A stretch of DNA of 63,157 bases, filler included, from Hausera hauseri (taxonomy: Eukaryota): the NCBI GenBank assembly GCA_046269625.1. It is 10 parts of 10 records of this genome, joined end to end, with 100 filler letters (N's around TTAATTAATTAA, not from the genome) between each part and the next. Parts side by side here need not be neighbours in the genome. Positions count along the whole stretch, not along the records: positions 35,020 to 39,653 come from JBJURY010495686.1; positions 39,754 to 44,133 come from JBJURY010609554.1; positions 44,234 to 52,523 come from JBJURY010700993.1; 7 more parts are not named here. One strand, given 5' to 3'. The notes below the pieces were generated by a model, which did not search any database, had not been told where the DNA came from, and was given only the letters and a program-made list of their open reading frames with translations. The stretch's first letter is position 1, and each line of letters opens with the position of its first letter. Shown here one piece after another: positions 37,543 through 49,900 of the stretch. A program made the translations under genes and the position numbers.

Positions 37543-37572
37543 TGGGCAACATATTACCCTCCCCCCTGTGGC
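37543..37572 (-). promoter_or_regulatory. Family A PPT plus terminal motif in inverted orientation
   Basis: Minus strand GCCACAGGGGGGAGGG-TAATATGTTGCCCA, like the motifs at 24184, 36369 and 52107. Confidence 0.65.
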
Positions 37573-38439
37573 AAGATTGGTATTGCCAGGCGGGACGCAC
37601 CAAAGGTCTTCTGGTAACCAGACTTCAGAAACCTGATGATTAACCATATTTTTGTTATACACTGATTTGTTCTGTTGCAACTGAAACCAAGATGTGAATG
37701 GCAAATGGACAAGCTCGGGTTCTTTTTGAATCGCTATAATCTTTTTCGCATTACTCGGTATTCGACAATCAATACATAAAACATTGGTCGAATTCAGATT
37801 CCGTTTAACAAACGAAGCAGGTGATCAGGAATTGTTACTGTTAGGATTTTTTACCCAAACGTACGGTATTTTTGCGTCCAATTTTGACTCAACTGCTCTG
37901 GTAGACGGAATGTTACTCAGCTGTTCACAAGATATCTTGTTGTTATTATGATAATTCAACGTTTTGTTTGGATCCAGCGAACTTTTCGAATTGGTTTATA
38001 GTCACAATTTGATGAAAATCATACATTAGATTTAGGATTTACAGATCCATTGCCATTTGTTTTCGTGAGCAAATGCACTAAGAAGTTGTTCGAGCAATCG
38101 TCGACTTTTTTCATTTTATTCTGTGGTCGGTCGAACGAAGAATTGCTGTCATCACAATCGGGTTCCCGAGAACGCTTGTGGAATTTGCGATAATGCAAAT
38201 AGTTTGAGTTGCTTGTTTTTTCTGAGTCATGTGATGATTTAGATTTTTGGGTATTAGTCAAATCGACAGAAGTAACATTAGGTATATCCGATACATCGTC
38301 GATGGAAAAATAAAACAATTTCTGAATTTCCCCGAGACGTAGAAATGGCACGTAAAAGTCTGTTTGATGTGTTTCGACTATTAGAAAATTGGTCTTTCTT
38401 GGTCCCACCGGCTAATGCAAAACGATTGATCCTAATGGG

Positions 38440-39653
38440 TCCGTGACCATTAAATAATGTTGAACCTCTGCCCGTTGTACAGCAACTGTGTATAGATGTG
38501 CGCCTCTGACACCAATGTTAATTTACTTGACAAAATCACTTCATCCAACACCATTTTCAATTCGACAATCATACATCAAATACCACTTGACTGCACATCA
38601 CGAAACAATTCACAAATCGCATCCGCTACTACTCAAGCTGTTTCACCATCATCACCGAATCTATCACAGTTGTCTACAACTTTACAGCAATTCGTTGCCA
38701 TATCGCATCCACGCGTACTTAAAAAAATCGTTCGTTTACCCCTACAAACAGCATTGTACATTACATAATTATACAGCATCAATGACCAATACGTCAAAAG
38801 ATACGACCACTGTCACCTTGTCGTAAACAGGCCGTGGTACTTTTAGACCATGCGCGACTACCGACAGTTGAACAACTTGACCATCATAAATGCCTAACCC
38901 TTACCACTCATCAGGGACATCCTGCTTCGTCTTAATTCAACTACCATTTATTTGACCATCGATTTGGCCAAAGCATACCACCAAATACCATTGGCACCCG
39001 AAGACATAGAAAAAACTGCTGTCACTACTCCTTTTGGCCTCTACGAGGACCTGTTTATGCGTTTCGGTTTGCGAAACGCAACATAGACCCTCAGCAACAT
39101 ATTGATTAGACTCTCTCAGATTTCTCGTTTGCGCACTCTTAAATTGATGATATTCTGATCGTTTCGTCTTCGGCCAAACAACACGAGGAACACCTTCACG
39201 CAATAAACTAACGCCTTTACCACCATAATCTCCAAGTCAATTTCGACAAATGCCATTTCTTCAAAAAGCGCATCAACTTTTTGGGCCACGTTATTTCACC
39301 AGATAGCCATTCTCCTCAACCAGACCGAGTTGAAGCACTTAAAAATATCCAATTGCCACGTACGACCACAGAAATGCGCAACTTTCTCGGCACACTACAC
39401 TTTGTAAATAAATATATACCATATTGCTCCGAATTGACAACATTATTTGCACACTTAAGCGGTGGCGAAAAACGTCAGCCAGTCCAGTGGACACCTGAGT
39501 TGGTAGACAGATTTGATAAGCTACGCGAAGGAATTAACACCGTCGATATTCTCGCTTTCCCGATGCGTGATGCGGGACTCATCCTTACCACAGACGCTTC
39601 AACCACTGCAGTAGGTGCTGTACTCCACCAGATCTACAAAGGAGAAAATCAAC
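38440..39653 (+). mobile_element. Gypsy family A pol fragment (PR-RT linker, RT, start of RNase H)
   Basis: NSTIIHQIP linker; IDLAKAYHQIP...KTAVTTPFGLYE; FLGHVISP; LTTDASTTAVGAVLHQ. Confidence 0.9.
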
Positions 39654-39753
39654 NNNNNNNNNNNNNNNNNNNNNNNNNNNNNNNNNNNNNNNNNNNNTTA
39701 ATTAATTAANNNNNNNNNNNNNNNNNNNNNNNNNNNNNNNNNNNNNNNNNNNN
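39654..39753. other. Artificial contig linker
   Basis: 44 N + TTAATTAATTAA + 44 N. Confidence 0.98.
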
Positions 39754-40464
39754 GAATACATTATAACTCTGTCTATCATCATGTGAAAAAAATATATTAT
39801 TTTCCTACTTTCATACTGTGTATATGTAATATTGTTTATGTATATGTAATATTGTTTGATAACACTATCGTATACTTAAAGATGAATATATGACAAACAT
39901 GTACGTATATAAAATAAAATGTTTATATGTAACTTCGCTTCTGTGTTTGTACGTCACAACATGTTGTTTTCTTGCTATTGTTTCTCAATACATCTTAACA
40001 GTCTCTCACCAGCAACCCCACACCTACTCTTATCTTTGGAAAACCTACTAGTCACCCGAGGATAACTCGGCGGCCCCGCATTCTTGGGAAATACGCACTA
40101 GACACCCGATGTCTCTTCAGCAAACACGAGCAAGACGGACAACAGAAGACACGCTTGGGGAAGATGACACCCGCCTCTCAACAACCAGGAGCTTACCTAT
40201 GCGGACATCCACTCCAGCACCCTTGAGCAATTCACCCATCAAAAAATTGGACAAGACCGACAAGATTCAACACCTGGGTATCTATTGTAAGGCGAGCTAA
40301 CCCTTACAAAACACAAAACACTATTACATATAAACAAATAAGTAGCAAGGAAACTCTCCAGGGCATCTTCTTCTGCTGACATCGACCCCTATCAAGGATT
40401 CACTCACCTGACTTATGATGATAATATGGTGACAATAACATCTTATTTACATACATTTAACAAA

Positions 40465-40722
40465 AATATGTCTCCCCTTACTACCGGGGTACCTTAATTA
40501 CGTACCAAATACACAAAACATTTATCATATATAACATTACCTATCAAATGTAAAATTTAACTAAATTGTCTCCCCTTTACTACCCGGGTACCTATATGGG
40601 TACCCAACTTACGTATAAATACCAAATAAACACCTATCATTGCATAACAATTACCTAATGCAAAAAAAATTATACAAAAGTTGTCTTCCCTAAGTACAAC
40701 AAAGCGACATACCCGGGTACCG
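40465..40722. repeat. Degenerate ~100-bp tandem repeat, ~2.5 copies
   Basis: TGTCTCCCCTT(T)ACTACCSGGGTACC at ~40469 and ~40567, weaker copy ~40682. Confidence 0.65.
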
Positions 40723-40819
40723 GCCGAATATTTCTTATATTTCAATGCTCCATCTTGCACTCTCGTATTGGTTATACTTCCTATATTAGCACCCTAAATG
40801 ATATGGTTTATCTGCATAC

Positions 40820-41946
40820 CCTACTACTGCTATAATATGAAATGGTAGGAGTTCTTCAAAGATATTGGAAGCGATCAACATACAACCAAAAACCAAATCA
40901 GCCAGTGCCATTCTTCTTCAGCACCACTTAGATTCATGACACCAGTGCTGCATAGTCAACAAAATGTCCATTAGTACAGTCAAGCTTAAATCACTAATAG
41001 TGTCTACAAGGCAAAACCTTCAAAATTGTCAATCACACTGGAAGGAGAATATTTTGAGCTAGTTTCCAAGCAGTCAATACTAGGAGTCACTATAGAGCAG
41101 ACTTTAAGCTGGAAGCCACATATCTTCTATACGACAAAGAAAATCGCCCATAAAATTTACCAGTTATCCAGAATTAAGCACTTCTTTTGCCTTATCTCCA
41201 AACTAGCATTTTATAATGCGCATATACAAAGCCACCTCTCCTATTGTTCCAGTGTTTTGAGTCGTGGTAATTCTACTGCCTTGAAGAGGCTTGTATCTCT
41301 CACAAAGAGATCGATGCGTCTGATTTGCTTGAGTAGAGACATGGAGTGCATACACACGTTTACCTTACTAAATATTCTCCTTGTTAAAAAGTTCTTCTAC
41401 TATCAAGATCTTATATATGTCTATTAAACACTGCCTAAAAAAGCGCCATCCTATTTAGAACCATTCTTCCAAATAAAACTATGTCCGTACTCAACGCGCA
41501 GTGATCAAACTGTAAATACAACGAGACCCAGAACTGATCTTGTTCGCAGCTGCTTCATTTAGTCCGGTGTCGTGGCCTGGAACAACTTCCCAAAGCAGAC
41601 GAAATCTATCAGCTACAGCACATTTAAAGACAAACTGTACTCTTATTTTAAACTGTTATAATTATGTCTGCCACATATGTATATTAGGATTACAGGCAGC
41701 CAACAGTATATATAATGGCTCGAACCTATATGCGTTCATCTATTCTCTGTGTGTGAGATGAGAGGACGAATTAGTGTATATATCCATGCATTTTAAACTT
41801 ATGAACATGTTTAATTAATTTCACTGTTTATTTTACGTGTATAATGTTCATTTGAATTATTATGTTTTATTATCTAGTGCAGAAATGTCAAAAGGCTAAG
41901 TGCCTATTTCTCAACTCTGGTAAAATACGGATTTGATTCATTCATT
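40820..41946 (+). mobile_element. Decayed CR1/L2-group LINE 3' fragment
   Basis: LGVTIEQTLSWKPHI...KIYQLSRIKHF...FYNAHIQSHLSYCSSV; APSYL; GVVAWNNFP; (ATTC)n tail. Confidence 0.8.
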
Positions 41947-42079
41947 CCCCCACACCAGTTTCAAAATTTCAAGTGTTTTATTTTCTAACTGTATCTAATA
42001 AATAATGCAGTATCAAAATTAGAGCTAGAAATTTACTTCCTGTCAGTGTAAGCTTAATATTTGTGAGCAGACACCATTT

Positions 42080-42350
42080 TTAACATGAAGACCTACTAGA
42101 GATCAATCATAGACAGCACCAGAATGTGGAAGTGGATAGGACACGCACTACGCAGAGAAAAAAGTGCTATTGAACATTGCAATGGAACCCATAGGAACGG
42201 AGGAGGGTCGGAACACTAAAAACAAGCTGGAGAAAGACCCTTAACAAGGTATTAACGTAGCGGGTACGTTATGGAAAAGAATGAAAACACTGGATCATCA
42301 GAGATAAAGATCTACAGGGATGACATCATATGTTGCTTCAGTGGAGCAGA
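42080..42350 (+). mobile_element. Short RTE-type LINE 3' remnant
   Basis: WKWIGHALRREK...RRVG..K.SW. Confidence 0.55.
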
Positions 42351-42914
42351 AATGAAGCACTTTGTGAGCTTTCTAACCAGGGAAACACTTGCCAGTATAT
42401 CATTGTCAGTTCTGTGGTTGGGAAGTGTTATTTCCTCAATGTGTTTTCTTATGAACTTGCCTGGAGTCAGAAAACCACTTAAAATGAGCTCTATGTAGAC
42501 TCATGTGCTATTCATTTCAAGTTCTTCACAGTCACGCTTATTTTCCAGTAACATTTATGTAATTATGAAACTAAACTTTCGAGAGCATTAAAATATGAAA
42601 TTATTTGATCATGAAATCATCCGTGATTTTAGCCTTTTAACTTTAATGTACAGACTGGGGAGGTTACTTTTGATATGATCACACATAGCATTATTATTAA
42701 TATTTTACAAATTTCATTTTATGTTTGTGTATGCGTAAAATTTTATGCAAATTTCTATGAGTTCAAGGCTCAAAAATATAGCCACACATTATGTCTTTCA
42801 GCCGAACGTAATTTTAGAACCAGCGAAACAAAGAAACTGTTTAACGGGATACTAATGGATCTATGTATCAGCGCCTTTTTACATGTTTCCCCTGAAAAAA
42901 GGTAAAGAAGACTC

Positions 42915-43170
42915 TAGGTAAAGTGACCAGTGAAGGTCCAGGGTTTAAATCCTATAGGAAGCGGCAGGGAGCATAAACACAATCATCTGATCTTTGGATG
43001 GTGAGATTGGACCCTATGTGCATTATCGTGCATGTTAAAAATACATTGGCAGTTAAAAACCAACAAAGGAGGGCCTAATTAACCTCTGCCCGGGTACTGC
43101 TCTAACTAAAATCTACCCAAGATGGGGTCCTAACATAAGAGTTAGTGTCAGGATCACTTATGGATAACAA
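42915..43170 (+). mobile_element. Possible tRNA-derived SINE remnant
   Basis: B-box-like GGGTTTAAATCCT and CGTGCATGTTAAA core-like motif; single copy here. Confidence 0.35.
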
Positions 43171-43199
43171 TCAGTGCGCGATGATAATAATCAGTGTCG

Positions 43200-44133
43200 C
43201 TAGGGAATTAGACCGTTTTGGTGACTAGTGTGGGGAATCAGGGGCACTTGTCGACGAAAGCATCGGTGACTTGGTTCTCACTTAACTATCGTATAGTTAA
43301 TATAATTACACCATGCGTTAATGTGTGTGAAATGGCTGTGGCAAGAACCAACTCTTTGAAATATCTTGGCGTGCGGTTTGACCGAAGCTTGGCCTTCAAA
43401 GAGCATATGGACCACACCATCATGAAAGCTAGGAGAGGTCTGTCAGCATTGCGAGTGATGGCCTCGGCACATATTGAACAGCGCCTTTTTTTTCTTCTTT
43501 ATCAGGGCTTAGTCATCTCCGTAATAGAATAAGCCCTCCCATTTCTAACACTGAGTCAATCTTAGATAGAGAGACTGCAAAGGATTCAAAACGAGGCAAT
43601 GCGCATCATTCTTGGCTGTACAAGAGATACGGAAATCAGGGCCATGCGTTTCTTGTTGGACCTTCCAACCATAGACTTCCGGACACAGTTGTGTCGAGCA
43701 TTGGCTTACCTCCGCATTAGCGCCGATACAAACCACCCGCTGCATTGTGAAATACAGAAAACCAAAGGCAGCATACTAAAAAGGGGAAAGTCATGGATGG
43801 GTCGGGCAGATGAAGTGCATCAACGTGTATGTGCCCTAGAAAATATTAAACCTGGCGAAGAGTAGGTATCACTGCCTTCAAACTTGAACACCTCGTTTCG
43901 AGTCATCATCACACTTAACAAAGGAAATCAACGAATCCATTGGTTGTCGACTCTACACTGATGGTTGAATTGTTCATCACGTACACAGTGCATGGACCTT
44001 CACGGTTCGTCGTTGGAAGAATCGTTAAGGAGGATAGTGGAGCTTTTTAAGTGACTACAAGTAGCATGATAATGGAGATCACAAAGGCATTCCGCTGGAG
44101 ACGCAGAGTGCTACTGGTGTGTATATTCTTTGT
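43200..44133 (+). mobile_element. I-group LINE fragment (RT end to start of RNase H)
   Basis: LKYLGVRFDRSLAFKEH; QRIQNEAMRIILGCTRDT; YTDG; EDSGAF...TTSSMIMEI. Confidence 0.85.
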
Positions 44134-44233
44134 NNNNNNNNNNNNNNNNNNNNNNNNNNNNNNNNNNNNNNNNNNNNTTAATTAATTAANNNNNNNNNNN
44201 NNNNNNNNNNNNNNNNNNNNNNNNNNNNNNNNN
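44134..44233. other. Artificial contig linker
   Basis: 44 N + TTAATTAATTAA + 44 N. Confidence 0.98.
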
Positions 44234-45650
44234 CGGGAAAAATGCAAGGAATTCTGAAATCATACGCTATTCGTTACAATGATAAATTCCAACCTGTCAT
44301 TATCACTGAGAAAACCGGTGTTGCTTCTTCTAACAAAACCATTTTAAAATTATCACCGCACCGACAACACACATTCTATAGATCAATGTCTAACGAGATC
44401 AAAGAAGGGTCCAAAGATCCGTATTCCTATACTATTGAGCGGGATAACCCGAATGCGCCAACGTATATTCATGAAGATAAACTTCCAACATCAACGTTTA
44501 AAGTTTCGTGGACATCGGCGTCAGATGAATTTGGTCATATTAACAGCTACTTTTTGGAAATCGGTGAAGTTAACTCTAATTCCCAGCCGACTATATATCA
44601 TATTGGTACACTTGAACGTCAATTCCCCATTAAAAATCTAATGGCTCGCACTTCTTACATCGTTTATTTGGCATCGGTAAATTCAATTGGTAAGAGCAAA
44701 CCTATTCCAACTACAGTCAGAACAGACAGAGAAGAACAGACAGCACCGAAAATTGTCAATAACTACATCAACGGCGAGTCAGTTCGATTGACTTGGGAAA
44801 ATCTGTTTGTCGGCAATGAAACTGCAGAGTACACGTACCGCACTTGTTGCCAACGAGGATTGCACAATTAGGAATGCATTGATACTTTACCGACTTTGGA
44901 AAATAGTCAATGTCACTGGCGATTTGATGCTAAAGTTTATTGGGTGGAATCACGTAAAAAACAACTGGAACGCTTCGTCGGTTTACGTATGGATTAGACT
45001 ATCTGTCCCTAGTGAATTATGTAATAATCCTCCAAATTGTCCGCGATTAAAATTGTCTTCTTCGAAACATATGCTTAATTTTACATACTATCATCCACCA
45101 ATTCCCGTTTTGAATATTGTTGAACATATTCTTAGTTGTCGAGCTGACTGTGGAGCGGGATTTCAAACAGAGTCTGAGGCTGTCGAAAATTCTGATCTCA
45201 AAAAATGGTTAATTACACATGCAAAACTAAAGGAAAATCAATTGAAAAACCACTACACAAATATTTTTTCTTATGATCATAGTAAAGTTATTTTGCAAAA
45301 TTCGTTCAGCGGGAAATCCGATAATATAAATACTAGTTTCATTGACGGTTATAAGCGCACAAATCCATACATGGTCACTCAGGGACCGTTGAAAGATACG
45401 ATTCCGGATTTCTGGCAAATGGTTCGGGAGCAGAATTGTGACATCATCTCAATGATATCGAATTTCTATGAACGAGGTCGTTCTAAGCGCGAAGAATATT
45501 TGTCTACTAATGAAACGCTTTATGGAAACATAAGCGTTCGACTGGTTTACGACACTAAGAGAGCCTTTTTTACGGAACGTCGATTTAAAATTCGAAATAT
45601 GCGAAATTTTTTTAAACTCCAACACGTACGATGGCAGTTCTTTTGTGTAA
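44234..45650 (+). pseudogene. Fragmented receptor-type protein tyrosine phosphatase (FN3 pieces plus N-half of PTP domain)
   Basis: FN3: KVSW...YFLE...IKNLMARTSYIVYLASVNSIG; PTP: NHYTNIFSYDHSKVIL, INTSFIDGY, TQGPLKDTIPDFWQMV; no TM and no HCSAG. Confidence 0.8.
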
Positions 45651-46289
45651 TCGACACTGATGACGTAATTCAAATAATTATGATTAGCATGTCGAATTTT
45701 ATTACGTATTCATCGAATTCCCTTAATACCAATGCTTTATTTATTTTGAGTTATTTGAAATGTCCCGATTGTAGTAGTTTGACGGAAGAAAAGTTATGTT
45801 CGAAACTCCCACAGATGTTTACTAAACAGGGTGATACGTTTTCGTATTTTACCAAACGCAGCAGTTGGTTGGGAGAATTCCATGTTAATATTATTACTGA
45901 AAACCCGTCCAGTTTCTCCATGCTTTATTTTCCCAACGGATTTGAACGGAACTTTTACGAATTAGTTTCTATTATATTAAAGGGTGCAAATCATATTATT
46001 TTATATTTACAAATGATAATGAACAGTATCAAATCAATGTTTGTTGTTACTGAAGAAGAACCATATATGAATGTTTGTTAGTTGCAATAATGTTAATCAA
46101 TCTTATCATTTCATCATTTACACGAACTGTAGAGAGAGGTGGTATTACAGTGACTCACATCTGATTAGTTAATTGAAACAATTAACAATGTAGGGCTCAA
46201 TATAGCTTTCGACATTCGTTTCCTTGTCTTTTCGGCACAAATAACATCAGGCATTAATAAGATAAATCGAAACTTTTGAAATTAATAAA

Positions 46290-46905
46290 ATGGTCCAGTC
46301 ACCTTGTGGCATTGTTAATCACACATCATCCGTGCCTTGTCTTGTCAAATCTACAAAACCCAACACCGAATCATTTATGGAATTTGATGAATCTGTAATG
46401 AGACGAGGTGGAATTAAGGCACATTATTGCAAAGTCGGCCCGATTTATTCTTCTGATGACAGCGAGTATATGATTAGAATTTCTGACTATGGACAGAACC
46501 CGTTCTCCTCTGGTCATTGTCGACTTTCTTCAGTAATCATCAGTTATAAGCGCAATAGATTCATTAACCATAGGGAGTCCACAGATCGATCAGATCTTCA
46601 CCTTAACCTTCTGTGCGCAAATTTTAGTAAAATAGAAAACAATACTTTTATCTTTATCGGTGGTAGATCTTTGCCTCTCGAACCAAACAAGTGTATATTT
46701 CGGTTGTGTTTTACAGAGGAACTAAAATCATACGATTGTTTCCTGATATATAAAGAAATTCTTTGTGAAGCAGGCTCTTTTGTGCAGATTTTACGATGGC
46801 GATATGGTTGTGCTTGTTATTGAATTCACAAAATATTACAGTTGTTTATTTATGGAGGCAGAATAACGAAAGGATTCCAACGAAATATTTCGGGATCGGT
46901 TTCAG
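46290..46905 (+). pseudogene. Kelch-repeat fragment resembling TYW4/LCMT2
   Basis: EFDE...KAHY (end of LCMT-like domain), FIFIGGRSLP, RWRYG, LFIYGGR; in-frame stop at 46821. Confidence 0.55.
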
Positions 46906-46910
46906 ACGGG

Positions 46911-49900
46911 ATGTCAAACCACAATTATCAATCAGATTCTTCAAAAGAAACAGCAACCCTCTTGACTTCGAATGACCACGTCGAGATACCATATTACCCG
47001 GTTTGCCGTCTGACACTACCGTTTTCCTTCTACCTTTTTGTCAATAATAACTTAATACAGAACGTACGCGTCACACAACGTACCGAGACAATACAATTAT
47101 ATGCTCTCATCATAATATCACCGCCGTCAGCGATTTCTATTTGACTCGCAATGGCTTCATTGTAACTTACCTCCCACACATCATGTCCTCACATTACTAC
47201 TTATGTATTCATATACACCCTAGAATCCGCCGCGGTATGATTTCTTTATCAACCAGTGACATCACAGATAAGGTGACCACAAAACCCAAATCCATTCTCT
47301 ACTATCCCAAATTAAACCATCTACATACTTCAACCGATACTAACTCTTCAAAAAATCCTACAACTACACCCCCACATTGCTCCGAATACTTTATCGACAA
47401 TGAAAATTCTAGCAGAAATTGGCTCCACTTCCATCAACTATGGTTACAATCCAACGGCATTACAGACTGGTTATCCAAAGCTCATAATCTACTCTACCTT
47501 CTACTAAACTCCATAAAGGCCTCAATCTATAATTTATTGGACATCTTTCAACACTCTAACCCTTATACGCAATTGTTCAGTGCTGTGTTAAAACTGACAG
47601 AACCACCAATTTATTCGATAATACAACGCTTCTTTAATGAAAACGCAATGAAAACGTAAAAACCTAGTGATTTCTTACGCACCTCGTTGGCCCACTTACG
47701 TACGTTGGGTGTCACCAAGGAACACAACCCGCATCTACTTCGCCGATATTTCCTTAATGTTTACCCATTAAAATTAGGGCTTTACTTACTGTTGTTAAGG
47801 ATTTTACAGCCTTAAATAAACTAGCTGAATTGGTCGATAAAACACGAAGTCTTACAAATTCAATCACAACCCATCATATCAGCCTATATTACGACCTATG
47901 ACAATCAACGACATACATCTATCGAGCACCAATTGAATCAGTTACGTGCCGAAAATGCGGCACTACAACATACAATCAACACCATTAATGATAAGCTGCA
48001 TGACCTTTCTTTACATTGACGAAATGTTTCCTACCCTCATCGAACACGTCCCGTTCCAAGAACCCTAACACAGCCACCAACGCGGTCATTTATATGTTAT
48101 TACCATAACAAATTTAATAACAAAGCAAATAAATGCTGTTTAGGATGCAGATATTATTCGCCGAATTTACACTCAGATAACATAGTTGGCATTTATCATG
48201 CAAAATTCGGATCTAACGCTGGGAATTGTATTTCAGGTTGTAACTATAAAACTAACAATAACTACACCATTGATAGGCGTTCCAGTTTCTTTAACAGTAA
48301 CCGTCTTAACTCACCAATCCAAAAAATGATTTCGCTGTCAGTTTTTTCGGCAGATTCTGGCAAAGGCAGCTTACCTAACTCATCTTGCCGACACACTTCT
48401 TTTGCAGTCTTCACACTAAAAGCTACTATCTCCACTTCTAACATTCAGTCGATAGACTTTCTGATCGATACCGGTACAGCAATCTCACTACTACCACTTT
48501 CTTTTCTAGTTCAGCATTCTTCACCTAAAACAAAACCTTTATACACGGTCTCCGGTTAACCTCTTCATATTTCCAAACTTGCAAATTATCTTTCACTCTG
48601 CCAAAATTTTCCTCATTATTTCATTGGACGTTTAAAGTCGCTAACGTCCAGACTGCAATACTTGGCTCCGATTTCCTGTCACATTATAACTTGCTAGTCA
48701 ATTGTAACCAACGCTGCCTGCAATCAAATACACCTGTAGACTGTATCACAGGAATAGACAAAAACCCGACAATAACACAGCCAACTGTAAGTATGCAATC
48801 TATTTTAAAACAGTCAGTACCTCATTATAATTTCAATAACTATCACGTTTTACATCATAAGCTTCCAAAGGACAATGTCGACAGTCAATCACAGCTCAAT
48901 GTCGACACCCACGATGTGATATTTTCAGTAAAATCATTGAACAACAACACCTACTCAAATACGGTTCCGGATTCGACCATCCTACTCCAAACTCCACCCG
49001 ATTTCTCACCAACAACCAATCACCATATACCAAGTACTGCTAGCAACCTTGGTTCATCGTCACTCACAACATTCCAGCAAGTACCGGTAAGTTTACAACA
49101 ATTCATCTATGCTTGTCATGGTATACTTCAGAAAGATCGGAACTTCACCCAGTAAACGGCATTTACCACCATATAATTACAAGACATCAAAGACCAATTC
49201 GACAAAAAGTCCGTCCATTGTCACCGCGTCGCAGGCAGGCAGTAGAGGCGGAATTTATGGAACTCGAACAATCAGGTATTGCCCGCAGGTTTAAATCCCC
49301 ATGGCCTTCGCCTGTCCACATTATCCAAAAAAGATGGATCCTTCCGACTATGCGGCGATTACCGCCAGCTTAATACTTTAACCATAATGGATGCATATCC
49401 ACTAACATTAATCAAAGACATACTATATCGGATTAATACTACTACAGTGTATTCAACAATTGATTTAGCCAAAGCTTACCACCAAATTCCTGTCACACAG
49501 GAAGACATCGAGAAAACTGAAGTTACCACACCTTTTGGTCTTTATGAGTATTTGTGCATGCCTTTCGGACTCCAGAATGCTGCACAGACTTTTCAGCCAC
49601 ACGTCGACTCAATCCTTCCAGACTTCCATTTTGCGCATCCATATATTGACGATATCTTGGTTGCTTCTTCTTCTGTTAAACAACACAAGGAACACTTACG
49701 ATCTATCTTCCAACGACTTAATCACTTCAACCTACAGATCAATTTTTCAAAATGTAACTTCTTCCAAAAACGTGTTAATTTTCTTGGACATATTATCTCC
49801 TCAAGCGGCCATTCGCCTCATCCTGGTCGAGTTGAGACTCTTAAAAACGTCCAACTGCCCAAGACAACCACTGAAATGCGCAGTTTTCTTAATACCTTGC

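Noticed and set aside
44807-46081. 424-aa ORF as a functional phosphatase gene
   Set aside because: PTP homology stops before the WPD loop and HCSAG; conserved residues are substituted
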